A DNA stretch of 64,000 nt. It comes from Allosphingosinicella sp. (GTDB lineage Bacteria; Pseudomonadota; Alphaproteobacteria; Sphingomonadales; Sphingomonadaceae). Under the pieces are notes generated by a model. That model made no database searches. It saw only the letters and a program-made list of their open reading frames with translations, and was not told the DNA's origin. Of this stretch, positions 27,605 to 35,975 are shown in pieces (the stretch's first letter is position 1; each line of letters starts with the position of its first letter). The position numbers and the translations under genes are program-made. Location of the stretch: NCBI RefSeq assembly GCF_036402135.1, contig NZ_DASWTN010000002.1, positions 22,279 through 86,278 on the forward strand. The letters run 5' to 3'.

Positions 27605-30058
27605 ATGACAATTCGCAAGCTTCTCCTCCTCGGCTTTCTCGGGAGTGCCGTGCCGGCGCCGCTGTGGGCGCAGACCGCGCCCGCTGAGGATGCGGCGGAG
27701 GCGCCGCCGCCGACGGACGAGGAGCTTGAGGACGAAGAGGACCTTGAAGGAGAGGAGATCGTCGTCACCGGCCAGCGGGAGCGGGGCGCGGTGCTGGGGG
27801 ATGTCGAGCCCGAGATCCAGCTCGATCGGCGCGACATCCGTGCCTACGGCGCCGGGAGCATAGCCGAGCTGCTCGACGCGCTTGCGCCGCAGACGCGGAG
27901 CGGCCGCGGGAGGGGCGAGGGGCGGCCGGTGGTGCTTGTGAACGGCCGCCGCATTTCCGGTTTTTCCGAGATACGCGATCCGCCGCCCGAAGCCATCGAC
28001 CGGGTCGATATCCTGCCCGAGGAAGTGGCGCTCACCTACGGTTATCGCGCCGATCAGCGGGTGGTGAACTTCGTGCTTCGGCGGCGGTTCCGTGCGATCA
28101 CGGCCGAAGTGGAAGGCGGCGCTCCTACGGCGGGTGGACGCGGGACGGGAGAGTTCGATCTCAACATCCTCCGCCTCAACCGCAACGGACGCTGGAGCGT
28201 CGATGCCGAATATCAGAGGAGCACGATGCTTCTCGAAAGCGAGCGCGATCTCCTCGGCAACACGCTTGGCGAATATCGCTCATTGCTGCCGCAGAGCGAC
28301 CAGCTTTCGCTCGCAGGCACGATCAACCGGACCATCCTGAACGACGTGAGCGCGACAGCCAATGCCCGCTATGAAGAGAGCGGCAGCGAAAGCCGCCTCG
28401 GCCTGTCATCGGACGCGGAGAACATTCTGCTCCGTGAGGGGAAGAGCCGCACCGGCCATCTTGGCGTGGCAATGAACGGGGACATATTGCCGTGGCGCTG
28501 GTCTTTCACCGGCAATTACGATCGCACGCACGCACTGACTCTGACGGACCGGGAGCGCGATCTTGCCGCCCCCACCATCGATCACGACCGGGCGCGGACC
28601 CGGACTGAAACGGCCAATGCCGAGATGGTGTTGAACGGCACCCTGTTCGACATGCCCGCGGGCGATGTTCGGAGCAGCTTCCGTGCGGGTGTGGAGCGGC
28701 TCGGCCTCGCCGGAGAATCCCTTCGGGCCGGTGTGGAGCAGGACCGTGAGCTTTCGCGCGGCCGCGGCAACCTTCAGGCCAATATCGATGTGCCGATATC
28801 GAGCCGGCGCCGCGACGTGCTTGGCGGGATCGGAGACCTTTCCATCAACGCTAATGCGGAGGTGGAGCGGCTTTCGGATTTCGGCACGCTTCGAACCCTC
28901 GGAGGCGGGATCAGGTGGGAGCCGATCGAGGAGGTGAACATCATCGCCTCGATCACCGACGAGGATGGCGCGCCGAGTGTCGGGCAATTGGGAGACCCCA
29001 CAGTTTCGACGCCGAATGTTCGGGTGTTCGACTTCGTCCGGAACGAGACGGTGGACATCACTAGGATCGAGGGCGGCAATCCGAACCTGCTGGCTGACAA
29101 TAGGCGGGTGATGAAGCTCGGCTTGACGGTGCGGCCGCTGGAGGAAGACGATCTTTCCGTCACCGCCAACTATATCAGCAGCCGGACGCGTAATCCGATC
29201 TCCTCCTTTCCCACAGCGACGCCCGAGATTGAGGCGGCCTTTCCGGAGCGGTTCGAGCGCGATCCGGACGGACGGCTGCTCAGGATCGACAATCGGCCAG
29301 TCAATTTCGCGCGCGCGGACCGGCAGGAGCTTCGCTGGGGCATCAATTTCTCCAAACCGATCAAATCCAATCCGCCTCCCGGAGCGCAGCGTTGGCGCGA
29401 GCGTATGCAGGCGGCAGGCAGTGCTCCGGGTGGGGCTCCAGGCGCGCAACCCGGGGAAGGCGGCGCGGCCCGAGGCGAGAGGCCGCGGGGCGGCGGCGAG
29501 GGCGGGAGACGCGGAGCGGGTGGCTTCGGCGGCGGCTTCGGGCGCGGCGGCGGAGGGCAGGGCGGCCGCCTGCAGCTCTCGCTCTACCACACCTGGCACC
29601 TGCAGAATGAGATTCTGATCCGCGAGGGCGTGCCGGAGCTCGACCTGCTGAACGGCTCCGCGACCGGCAGCCGCGGCGGCCAGCCGGAGCATGAGGTCGA
29701 ATTTCAGGCGGGCCTGTTCAAGAACGGCTTCGGCGGACGGCTCAATGCCAACTGGCAGAGCGGCACGTTCGTGCGCGGCGGCCCCGCCGGCTTCGGCGGT
29801 GAGCGCAGCGACCTTCGCTTCTCGCCCTTCTTCACAGTCAATGCGCGGCTGTTCGCCGACTTGGGGCAGCAGCGCTCGCTGGTGGAGAAATATCCGTTCC
29901 TGCGGCGCACCCGCGTCAGCCTTGTCGTCGACAACATCTTTGACAGCCGCCTTCGGGTAAGGGACGAAGCGGGTGTGACGCCGGTCAGTTATCAGCCGGA
30001 CCTGATCGATCCGCTCGGCCGCTCGATCCGGATTAGCATTCGAAAGCAGTTTTTCTGA
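27605..30058 (+). CDS. TonB-dependent receptor-like outer membrane protein
   Basis: Signal peptide (LLLLGFLGSAVPAPLWAQ). Plug-like IVVTGQR...VDILPEEVALTYG. Terminal aromatic residues ...RKQFF. Confidence 0.8.
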   Translation: MTIRKLLLLGFLGSAVPAPLWAQTAPAEDAAEAPPPTDEELEDEEDLEGEEIVVTGQRERGAVLGDVEPEIQLDRRDIRAYGAGSIAELLDALAPQTRSGRGRGEGRPVVLVNGRRISGFSEIRDPPPEAIDRVDILPEEVALTYGYRADQRVVNFVLRRRFRAITAEVEGGAPTAGGRGTGEFDLNILRLNRNGRWSVDAEYQRSTMLLESERDLLGNTLGEYRSLLPQSDQLSLAGTINRTILNDVSATANARYEESGSESRLGLSSDAENILLREGKSRTGHLGVAMNGDILPWRWSFTGNYDRTHALTLTDRERDLAAPTIDHDRARTRTETANAEMVLNGTLFDMPAGDVRSSFRAGVERLGLAGESLRAGVEQDRELSRGRGNLQANIDVPISSRRRDVLGGIGDLSINANAEVERLSDFGTLRTLGGGIRWEPIEEVNIIASITDEDGAPSVGQLGDPTVSTPNVRVFDFVRNETVDITRIEGGNPNLLADNRRVMKLGLTVRPLEEDDLSVTANYISSRTRNPISSFPTATPEIEAAFPERFERDPDGRLLRIDNRPVNFARADRQELRWGINFSKPIKSNPPPGAQRWRERMQAAGSAPGGAPGAQPGEGGAARGERPRGGGEGGRRGAGGFGGGFGRGGGGQGGRLQLSLYHTWHLQNEILIREGVPELDLLNGSATGSRGGQPEHEVEFQAGLFKNGFGGRLNANWQSGTFVRGGPAGFGGERSDLRFSPFFTVNARLFADLGQQRSLVEKYPFLRRTRVSLVVDNIFDSRLRVRDEAGVTPVSYQPDLIDPLGRSIRISIRKQFF

Positions 30059-30060
30059 GC

Positions 30061-31104
30061 CTAGCTCAGCTCAGCCTCTCTGGCGGAGGTGGGCAGGATT
30101 TCGACAATGCAGTCTCCCGGCAGCAGCGACTGCGCTTCGGGCTCCCAGAAACCGTAGGGCTTGCCAGCCCGATAGACGCGGACGCCGAGACCCTTTGCGA
30201 GGGCAGACAGGGGCTTTCCACATTCCTCATCGGTGATGGTGCGCTCAGACAGGCGGACGCGGCCGCTGGAGGAGGCGAGGTCGGCAATATAGTCGGCAAT
30301 ATGCTCACCGTGCGTGGAGCCGGCGAGAAGCAGGCCGGCGAAGCTCACCGGATTGATGACGGTGGTGGCGCCGGCCTGACGTGCCAGCAGCTCGTTATCT
30401 TCGTTGCGCACAGCGACGCTGATGGTGAGGTTCGGCACCAGATGCCGCGCGGTAAGCGTGATGAGGATCGAGGTGTCGTCGCTTCCGGCCGAGACTACTA
30501 AAGCGCGGGCGCGCTCGATGCCGACCGCCTGCAGCGCTTTATCGCGCGTTGCGTCACCCTCCATGACCGCACAGCCCAGCGCCTTCGCCTGTTCCAGCAC
30601 CTGCGTGTCGCAATCGATGACGACGATATTGCCGGGCTTGGCGCCACGCGCGATCAGTTCCTCGACAGCTTCCGAGCCTGTCGTTCCGAAGCCGGCGATG
30701 ACGATGTGATCGTGAAGGTTTCGCTGGATGTAAGCCATACGCCATCTGTCCCATGTGCGCCTGAAGACGAAAGAATAAGCGGTGCCGAGGAAAACGAGCA
30801 CTGCGAAAACGCGGATCGGAGTCACCACGATCGCGTCGAACAACCGCGCCCGCTCGCTCACCGGGACGATATCGCCATAGCCGGTGGTGGTGATGCTGAT
30901 CATCGTGAAATAGACGACGTCCACGAAACTGATCTGCCCGTCGGCGCTGTCCTTGAGGCCGTCCCGCTCCAGCCAGTGGACCGCGATCGCTAGGCCGATC
31001 AGACCAACCACGAAAAGCGCCCGCCAGCTGATCGAAACCCAGACGGGCCAGCGGCCCTTGCGCTGCAGGGTGGTGAAATCCGGTCCTCTGTGCCGGTCCC
31101 GCAT
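30061..31104 (-). CDS. potassium channel protein with RCK (TrkA-N/TrkA-C) domains
   Basis: Selectivity filter TTTGYGD. Rossmann-like IVIAGFGTTG. The start overlaps the surE stop (TGATG). Confidence 0.85.
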   Translation of the reverse strand: MRDRHRGPDFTTLQRKGRWPVWVSISWRALFVVGLIGLAIAVHWLERDGLKDSADGQISFVDVVYFTMISITTTGYGDIVPVSERARLFDAIVVTPIRVFAVLVFLGTAYSFVFRRTWDRWRMAYIQRNLHDHIVIAGFGTTGSEAVEELIARGAKPGNIVVIDCDTQVLEQAKALGCAVMEGDATRDKALQAVGIERARALVVSAGSDDTSILITLTARHLVPNLTISVAVRNEDNELLARQAGATTVINPVSFAGLLLAGSTHGEHIADYIADLASSSGRVRLSERTITDEECGKPLSALAKGLGVRVYRAGKPYGFWEPEAQSLLPGDCIVEILPTSAREAELS

Positions 31105-31868
31105 CAGGGATAGAGCTCCGCCAGCCTTCCGAGCGAAGGGCCGTGCGTCAGGTCGAGGTGGAGCGGCGTGACCGAGACATAGCCGTCCGATACCGCCTCT
31201 AGGTCAGTGGAATGGCTCGGGGTTTCGAGCATCGGCCCAAGGCCGAACCAGAAATATTGGTAGCCGCGCGGATCGGTGCGCTCGACGATGCGAAGGCGGC
31301 CATAGTCGCGAAGGCCCTGCTGGGTGACGCGGATGCCCTTCACCTGATCGGCGGGAAGGGCCGGGAAGTTGATGTTGACGAGGGTGCGGGGCTCCATCGG
31401 CGTCTCAACGACGGGACGCAGAACCTGCTCCGCCCAGGCCTCCGCGGCGGCGAAGGGAACGGTGTCGCCCATGCCTTCGCGCGCATAGCTCTGGCTAAGC
31501 GCGACCGAGGGAATACCAGCAAGCGCGCCTTCCATCGCCGCGGAAACAGTACCCGAATAGGTGACATCCTCGCCGAGATTGGCGCCGCGATTGACGCCGG
31601 AGAGGACGAGGTCGGGCGGATTGTCCTTCATGATGTGCGCGATCGCCATCATCACGCTGTCGGTCGGCGTTCCGGTGACGCAGAAGCGGCGTTCGCCGAG
31701 CTTCCGGAGGCGGACCGGCTGGGTGAGGGTCAGCGAATGGCCGGCGCCCGATTGCTCCTCGGTCGGCGCCACGATCCAGACGTTGTCGGAAAAGGCCCTC
31801 GCGATCTTCTCCAGCACCTTGAGGCCGGTGGCGTTCACACCATCGTCGTTGGTGAGGAGGATCCGCAT
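31104..31868 (-). CDS. surE: 5'/3'-nucleotidase SurE
   Basis: MRILLTNDDGVNATG N-terminal signature. Confidence 0.92.
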   Translation of the reverse strand: MRILLTNDDGVNATGLKVLEKIARAFSDNVWIVAPTEEQSGAGHSLTLTQPVRLRKLGERRFCVTGTPTDSVMMAIAHIMKDNPPDLVLSGVNRGANLGEDVTYSGTVSAAMEGALAGIPSVALSQSYAREGMGDTVPFAAAEAWAEQVLRPVVETPMEPRTLVNINFPALPADQVKGIRVTQQGLRDYGRLRIVERTDPRGYQYFWFGLGPMLETPSHSTDLEAVSDGYVSVTPLHLDLTHGPSLGRLAELYP

Positions 31869-31960
31869 CGGCGAAGGCTATGGCGGGGCAGGGGAGCGGA
31901 GGCAAGCAGCAACCAGCGCGGTGCTTCTTCGTTAGTCGGTCAAAGCAAAAGGAGAGACTG

Positions 31961-32404
31961 ATGCAGGTTCCGCACAGAACGTTCGTTGTGGTCGCAGACG
32001 GTGAGAAGATGCTGTTCTTCCGCAACGAAGGTGACGGGGAATTCCCCCAGCTGCAGGTTGAACGGAAGCGGGTTCAGGACAATCCCCCGACGCGCGATCA
32101 GAAGACGGACGAGGCCGGCCGCACCTTCGACGCATCGGGCGGTGCCGGGCGGAGCGCCTATGAGGAAACCGATTTTCACCAGCTGGAAGAGCAGCGCTTC
32201 GCCGCTGAGACGGCCGAGCTCCTGAAGAAGCGGGCGCTGAAGAATGATTTCGAGAGCCTGATCATCGTCGCGCCGCCGCGTACACTCGGCGAGCTTCGCA
32301 AGCATTATCATAAGGAAGTCGAGAAGCGGCTTGTCGGCGAGATCGCCAAGGACCTCACCGGCCATCCGGTCGAGCAGATCGAGAAGATCCTTCTGGCTGA
32401 ATAA
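31961..32404 (+). CDS. host-attachment protein family (baeRF-like) protein
   Basis: ATG at 31961 preceded by AAGGAGAG. MQVPHRTFVVVADGEKMLFFRN... is typical of the family. Confidence 0.7.
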   Translation: MQVPHRTFVVVADGEKMLFFRNEGDGEFPQLQVERKRVQDNPPTRDQKTDEAGRTFDASGGAGRSAYEETDFHQLEEQRFAAETAELLKKRALKNDFESLIIVAPPRTLGELRKHYHKEVEKRLVGEIAKDLTGHPVEQIEKILLAE

Positions 32405-32432
32405 GCCGCACGCTCAACAGCTTGAGCAAGGA

Positions 32433-32465
32433 AGGCCGCGCCTGCCCGGGCACGGCCTTTTCCGT
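32433..32465 (+). terminator. rho-independent terminator
   Basis: GC-rich imperfect hairpin GGCCGCGCCTGCC/CGGGCACGGCC followed by TTTTCC. Confidence 0.5.
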
Positions 32466-32679
32466 TCGGCGCGTGTTTAACGCGGCTGAAATGTTACCAA
32501 TCCACAACAAAAGCCTGTGGATAATTTATTTGCCATTTGAGTGACTTGTGAAGGCCTGAGCGCATGCGTATAGGCCCGTCTGGGGCAGGATGCCGATTCT
32601 CCGAAAAGAAGGGAACGGCTTCCCACAAGGGTTTGGCAGACCGGCTTGGGGTCCGGGATGTGAAGCGAGTGGAGGGGTT

Positions 32680-33132
32680 ATGGCTACGGCGTTAAGCGAA
32701 GTTTACCCGCAACCTACCGGTCCGATATTGCCGACAGGCTATCGGCCCAGTGCCAACGAAGAATTCATGAACCCGCTGCATCTGCTTTATTTCAAGCAGA
32801 AGCTGCTCGACTGGAAGGAAGCGATCGTTCGCGAATCCCGCGAGACGATGAGCTCCCTCAAAAGCGGGCCGATCCGCGAGGCGGACCTTACCGACCGGGC
32901 ATCGAGCGAGACCGACTGGTCGATCGAACTCCGCACACGGGACAGGCAACGTAAGCTCATTTCGAAGATCGACGCCGCGCTCCGCCGCATCGAGGAAGGC
33001 GAATATGGCTTTTGCGAAGTGACGGGCGAGCCAATTTCGCTCGCGCGCCTCGAGGCAAGGCCGATCGCGACCATGACCGTCGAGGCGCAGGAGCGCCACG
33101 AAAAGAACGAGCGCGTTTCGCGCGACGACTGA
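32680..33132 (+). CDS. dksA: RNA polymerase-binding transcription factor DksA (single-Cys variant)
   Basis: ATG at 32680 after GGAGGGG. Coiled-coil DxxDxA-type tip region (ADLTDRAS). C-terminal FCEVTGEPISLARLEARP retains only one Cys. Confidence 0.88.
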   Translation: MATALSEVYPQPTGPILPTGYRPSANEEFMNPLHLLYFKQKLLDWKEAIVRESRETMSSLKSGPIREADLTDRASSETDWSIELRTRDRQRKLISKIDAALRRIEEGEYGFCEVTGEPISLARLEARPIATMTVEAQERHEKNERVSRDD

Positions 33133-33135
33133 TAA

Positions 33136-33165
33136 GAAAAAGCCCCGCCAATGGCGGGGCTTTTC
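33136..33165. terminator. bidirectional terminator
   Basis: AAAAAGCCCCGCC-AATG-GGCGGGGCTTTT, a perfect 9-bp stem flanked by A and T tracts, between convergent dksA and the DUF465 gene. Confidence 0.65.
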
Positions 33166-33168
33166 ACG

Positions 33169-33327
33169 TCAGGAGAGGCCGAGCATCTCTTCCTTGATGC
33201 GGAGCTTTTCTTTCTTGAGGCGGGAGAGCGTGGCCATGTCCGGCATAGGTCGCTGCACTTCCTCGCTGATACGAGCATCGAGGCCAGCGTGCCTGGTCTG
33301 CAGTGCCGAGATATGCGCCTGTTGCAT
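33169..33327 (-). CDS. DUF465 (YdcH-like) small protein, not in the ORF track
   Basis: Translation MQQAHISALQTRHAGLDARISEEVQRPMPDMATLSRLKKEKLRIKEEMLGLS. SD AGGAG lies 6 nt upstream. Alternative ATG at 33333. Confidence 0.65.
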   Translation of the reverse strand: MQQAHISALQTRHAGLDARISEEVQRPMPDMATLSRLKKEKLRIKEEMLGLS

Positions 33328-33480
33328 TCCCATCTCCTTCTTCTGCTGTGATGTAGATCAATCTAGGTGATCGAAGCCGGACGTGTCTCCCGCTGATCGG
33401 CCATCGCTTCGAAATGCGCGACGACTCGTGACGATCATCGACTATAGCCGAAACGAGCCTGCTCCAGTAGATGCCGGCCC

Positions 33481-33687
33481 ATGAACGACGCGCCCGATCA
33501 GGACTGGTCCGGAAAACTCAATCAATTGAAGATGGAGCATCGCGACCTTGATGCCGCAATCGAGGCTCTGCGCGCTACGCCCATGCCCGACCAGCTTCAG
33601 ATCGCGCGGCTGAAGAAGAGGAAGCTTCGGCTTCGGGACGAGATCGCTCTGGTCGAGGATCACCTCATCCCGGACATAATCGCCTGA
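33481..33687 (+). CDS. DUF465 (YdcH-like) small protein
   Basis: LKMEHRDLDAAIEAL...PDQLQIARLKKRKLRLRDEI matches the DUF465 pattern. Confidence 0.7.
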   Translation: MNDAPDQDWSGKLNQLKMEHRDLDAAIEALRATPMPDQLQIARLKKRKLRLRDEIALVEDHLIPDIIA

Positions 33688-33713
33688 AAGCCGTGGATTA
33701 ACCATATTTCGCA

Positions 33714-34208
33714 ATGGCGGCTCCACCGCCGCTGTGGCAGTTTGAAGCCATGGACGACACGCGCGCCGCAATGACGCCGAAGCTGATCGACTCGCTTTAT
33801 ACCGAGGCGATGCTGCTTGCGGACGAGGCGCGATCCTATTTCGATAAGGTCGGGCGGGAGGAGCGGATGGCGCTCGATCCGCTGGTGCGGGTCGGCTTTT
33901 CCTGCGAGTCGCTGAAGGTGACGACGCGGCTGATGCATATCATCGCCTGGCTGTTGACGCAGCGGGCGGTGAATGCGGGCGAGCTGACGCCGGCGCAGGC
34001 AAACAGCCGCGACCGCCGCCTGGGCGAGCCGGTGGACAGCGATCCCGAAGTGCTGGAGCAGCTTCCCGAGAGCGCGTTGTCGCTGATCCGGTCGAGCAGC
34101 GACCTGTACGAACGCGTGCGGCGGCTTGCCGAAGGCGGTCCGCCGTCCGACGAAGCGCCGCAAAGCCCGGCGCGAAGCCTGCTGAGCCGTCTGGAGCGCT
34201 CGCTTTAG
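33714..34208 (+). CDS. DUF1465 family protein (RcdA-like regulator of CtrA degradation)
   Basis: LIDSLYTEAMLLADEARSYF... is typical of DUF1465. Alternative start at 33771. Confidence 0.72.
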   Translation: MAAPPPLWQFEAMDDTRAAMTPKLIDSLYTEAMLLADEARSYFDKVGREERMALDPLVRVGFSCESLKVTTRLMHIIAWLLTQRAVNAGELTPAQANSRDRRLGEPVDSDPEVLEQLPESALSLIRSSSDLYERVRRLAEGGPPSDEAPQSPARSLLSRLERSL

Positions 34209-34234
34209 TCTGCCGAGCTGCTAGTTTGGCGGCG

Positions 34235-35371
34235 ATGAACTTCCAATTTTCCTACGGCCCGCGCCTCATCTCAGGGGCGGGCGCGGCGGCTCGGCTTGGC
34301 GAGCTGCTTCCCGCCGGGCGCTGCCTGTTCGTGACGGACGCGCAGGTGCGGGCGCTCGGCCTTGCCGACGCGGCGCTGGCGGGGCTTGCGGGCGCGGGGA
34401 TAGACACCGTGATCTTCGACGCCGTGGAGGCCGATCCGTCGCAGGCGACCTTGCTTGCGGCGGTCGAGGCGGGGAGGGGCTGCGCCTCCCTTGTCGGCTT
34501 TGGCGGCGGCAGCCCGATGGATGTGGCGAAGCTCGCTGCTTATCTGCTCGGCAGCGGCGACGACCTCGAACAGATTTGGGGCCTCAACAAAGCCATAGGG
34601 GAAGGCCTGCCGCTGACGCTTGTCCCCACCACTGCGGGCACCGGCTCGGAGGCGACGGCGGTGGCGGTGATCACCACGGGGGGCACCACCAAGAATGCGG
34701 TGAACAGCCCGGCGCTCACCGCCGATTGGGCGATCCTCGATGCGGAGCTGACGCTCGGCCTGCCGCGGCACGTGACCGCCGCCACCGGCATCGACGCGAT
34801 GGTGCATGCGATCGAGGCCTATACCTCGGCGCACCGCAAGAACCCGATGTCGGACGTGCTGGCGCGCGAGGCGCTGCGGCTCATCGCGGAGAACCTAATT
34901 CGCGTCTGTGAGGCCCCGGATGATCGGGAGGCGAGGGGGCGGATGCTGCTCGCCGCGCATCTGGCGGGCGTCGCCTTCGCGAATGCGCCGGTCGCCGGGG
35001 TCCATGCCCTCGCCTATCCGCTTGGCGGACATTTTCATGTGCCGCACGGCCTCTCGAACGCGCTGATGCTGCCGCACGTGCTCGGCCACAATATGCATGC
35101 CGCGATGCCGCTTTATGCCGAACTTGGCTGTGTCATCGATCCTTCGCTCGAACGGGTAGGCACCCAGGCACAAGCCCAAGCCTTTGTTGAGCAGCTGGTG
35201 GACCTATCGGTGAAGTCGGGCTTGCCGCAGCGCCTGTCCGATGTCGGTGTCTCGTCCGAACATCTCGATCTGCTCGCAAGCGATGCGATGAAGCAGGAGC
35301 GGCTGCTGGTGAACAATCCCTGCCCGATTACCGAGGCCGATGCGCGGCGGCTCTACGAGGCCGCGCTGTGA
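34235..35371 (+). CDS. iron-containing alcohol dehydrogenase
   Basis: GGGSPMDVAK motif and His-rich metal site HAIEAY...HALAYPLGGHFHVPHG. Alternative TTG start at 34226. Confidence 0.85.
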   Translation: MNFQFSYGPRLISGAGAAARLGELLPAGRCLFVTDAQVRALGLADAALAGLAGAGIDTVIFDAVEADPSQATLLAAVEAGRGCASLVGFGGGSPMDVAKLAAYLLGSGDDLEQIWGLNKAIGEGLPLTLVPTTAGTGSEATAVAVITTGGTTKNAVNSPALTADWAILDAELTLGLPRHVTAATGIDAMVHAIEAYTSAHRKNPMSDVLAREALRLIAENLIRVCEAPDDREARGRMLLAAHLAGVAFANAPVAGVHALAYPLGGHFHVPHGLSNALMLPHVLGHNMHAAMPLYAELGCVIDPSLERVGTQAQAQAFVEQLVDLSVKSGLPQRLSDVGVSSEHLDLLASDAMKQERLLVNNPCPITEADARRLYEAAL

Positions 35372-35802
35372 GCCGCGAGCCGTTCGCCGGACGCGAAGCC
35401 TATAAGGTGTGGCGGGAGATCGGCACGCGCTGGGCCGACAATGACGCCTACGGCCACGTCAACAACACCGTCTATTATCAATGGTTCGACACGGCGGTGA
35501 ACGCGTGGCTGATCGAGGCTGGATTGCTCGACATCCAGAACGGCAACCCCATCGGGCTCGTGGTGGAGACCGGGTGCCGCTATGCGCGCCCGCTCTCCTA
35601 TCCGCAGCCGGTGGAGGTGGGGCTTGCCGTAACGCAGGTAGGAACGAGCAGCGTCCGCTATCGCCTCGGCATCTTCGCGAAGGGGTGGGCGGAAGCGGCG
35701 GCGGAGGGTCATTTCGTCCACGTCTATGTCGACCGGCAGACAAGGCGCCCAGTGCCGCTGCCGGAGGCATGGCGGCAGGCGTTCGAAAGCATATCCGGCT
35801 GA
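35368..35802 (+). CDS. acyl-CoA thioesterase (4HBT/YbgC-like hot-dog fold)
   Basis: RWADNDAYGHVNNTVYYQWFD signature. The start overlaps the ADH stop by 4 nt. Confidence 0.8.
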   Translation: MSREPFAGREAYKVWREIGTRWADNDAYGHVNNTVYYQWFDTAVNAWLIEAGLLDIQNGNPIGLVVETGCRYARPLSYPQPVEVGLAVTQVGTSSVRYRLGIFAKGWAEAAAEGHFVHVYVDRQTRRPVPLPEAWRQAFESISG

Positions 35803-35975
35803 TGCAGAAGCGGCAGATGGAATGGTGGCTGAGCGTGCTGTCGCTGATCAGCGCCGTCGTTGCCCTGCTGCTCGGCGCGTGGGCATATCCCGACGATCAG
35901 CGCTTCCCGATGCTTGCCGCCGCCTTCACGGGCTTCGCCTTATGGATGGTGATCGGGCTCAGGCCTAGGTCCTGA
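35802..35975 (+). CDS. possible 57-aa two-helix membrane protein
   Basis: The ATG overlaps the thioesterase stop (TGATG). Translation MQKRQMEWWLSVLSLISAVVALLLGAWAYPDDQRFPMLAAAFTGFALWMVIGL. Confidence 0.35.
   Translation: MQKRQMEWWLSVLSLISAVVALLLGAWAYPDDQRFPMLAAAFTGFALWMVIGLRPRS

Noticed and set aside
28406-29692. 428-aa minus-strand ORF
   Set aside because: It is antisense to the TonB-dependent receptor-like gene.
11826-32524. Two perfect DnaA-box 9-mers (TGTGGATAA at 11826..11834 and 32516..32524), considered as a hint of oriC
   Set aside because: They are 20 kb apart. There is no cluster of boxes, no AT-rich unwinding element with 13-mers, and no hemE/dnaA/parAB-type origin neighbourhood. 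Single boxes in AT-richer spacers are compatible with chance or with transcriptional roles.
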